This document shows positions 63,480 to 64,000 of a stretch of DNA of 64,000 nt, piece after piece (position 1 is the first letter of the stretch; every line of letters starts with the position of its first letter). The notes under the pieces were generated by a model that searched no databases, had not been told where the DNA came from, and saw only the letters and a program-made list of their open reading frames with translations. The position numbers and the translations under genes are program-made. Source of the DNA: Candidatus Avanaerovorax faecigallinarum (GTDB taxonomy: Bacteria; Bacillota; Clostridia; Peptostreptococcales; Anaerovoracaceae); assembly GCA_019113145.1 (NCBI GenBank), contig DXHZ01000093.1, forward strand, positions 14,670 through 78,669, read 5' to 3'.

Positions 63480-64000
63480 ATGGCTATAATCAGCAAGGAA
63501 GGCTTGTTGAAAGTACTGGTTTCCTATAACCCCTGGTGGAAAACAGGAGTCGTAAATCCCAAACTGTCCAAAAACTATAAGCGGTTTGCCTTTTACGAGG
63601 CAATGAAGCGTTTGAATCAGACGGACATCAGGCGCACAGTCGTCTTAACCGGTACAAGGCGCGTGGGAAAGACCACCATACAGTACCAGATGATCGAGGC
63701 TCTGCTCCAAAACGGCGTACCGCCTCAGAAGATTGTCTTTATCTCCATGGATCATCCCATGCTGAAACTGAGCGCTATGAATGAGATCCTGGAGTGCTAT
63801 CACGAAAACATCTATCCGGAGCAGGATGTCTACTACTTTTTTGACGAGATTCAGTACGCGCAGGATTGGGACAAATGGCTGAAGGCGATCTACGACATGC
63901 AGCCAGACACCAAGGTGGTGGCTACCGGATCGGCCAGCCCGGTTTTGGTCAAGGGGAGCCAGGAGAGCGGCGCCGGGCGGTGGTCGGCTATCCAGGTTCC
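63480..64000 (+). CDS. AAA-family ATPase (AAA_14/DUF4143 type), 5' part, runs off the window
   Basis: Not in the ORF track because it is open-ended. It reads MAIISKEGLLKVLVSYNPWWKTG...VVLTGTRRVGKTTI (Walker A)...YYFFDEIQ (Walker B). Confidence 0.8.
   Translation, partial: MAIISKEGLLKVLVSYNPWWKTGVVNPKLSKNYKRFAFYEAMKRLNQTDIRRTVVLTGTRRVGKTTIQYQMIEALLQNGVPPQKIVFISMDHPMLKLSAMNEILECYHENIYPEQDVYYFFDEIQYAQDWDKWLKAIYDMQPDTKVVATGSASPVLVKGSQESGAGRWSAIQV

Overview
Chromosomal window from a Clostridia (Lachnospiraceae-like) anaerobe, mostly densely packed housekeeping and metabolic genes. Recognisable core genes are radA, a large glutamine-synthetase-family gene with serS, cls, a PLP decarboxylase, hbd, rho-DUF1385-prmC, asnS, mntP behind a yybP-ykoY Mn riboswitch, an MFS transporter, an M55 peptidase and a 1227-aa RND pump. 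A 12-kb operon-like block (35.3-47.6 kb) encodes the whole methylaspartate route of glutamate fermentation: two-subunit class I hydro-lyase (mesaconase candidate), glmS-glmL-glmE, methylaspartase, an orphan P-loop protein, and citDEF-citC-citXG (citramalate-lyase candidate). Two insertions are visible directly in the sequence. One is a ~6.4-kb integrative mobilizable element between hbd and rho (tyrosine integrase, XRE regulator, excisionase, relaxase, hairpin-rich oriT candidate, two lipoproteins, TnpV). The other is a ~2.9-kb AT-rich islet in the 3' end of citXG, bounded by a 37-bp direct repeat. The locus I would follow up first is 50.6-56.3 kb. A sigI-rsgI pair and the downstream PepSY lipoprotein-VTC-DUF4956-CotH operon are each preceded by the same bipartite motif, ACCCCG-N18-CGTA. 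The anti-sigma factor and the lipoprotein also share a juxtamembrane Asn-Pro domain and unusual Tyr/Asp/Gly/Ser-rich repeat tails. Intergenic regions throughout the window carry a family of hairpin arrays in which each locus uses its own 6-9-nt word and its reverse complement next to A/T runs. Two copies (33.2 kb and 57.8 kb) are nearly identical. All calls rest on reading the translated ORFs and the DNA by eye; no database search was possible.
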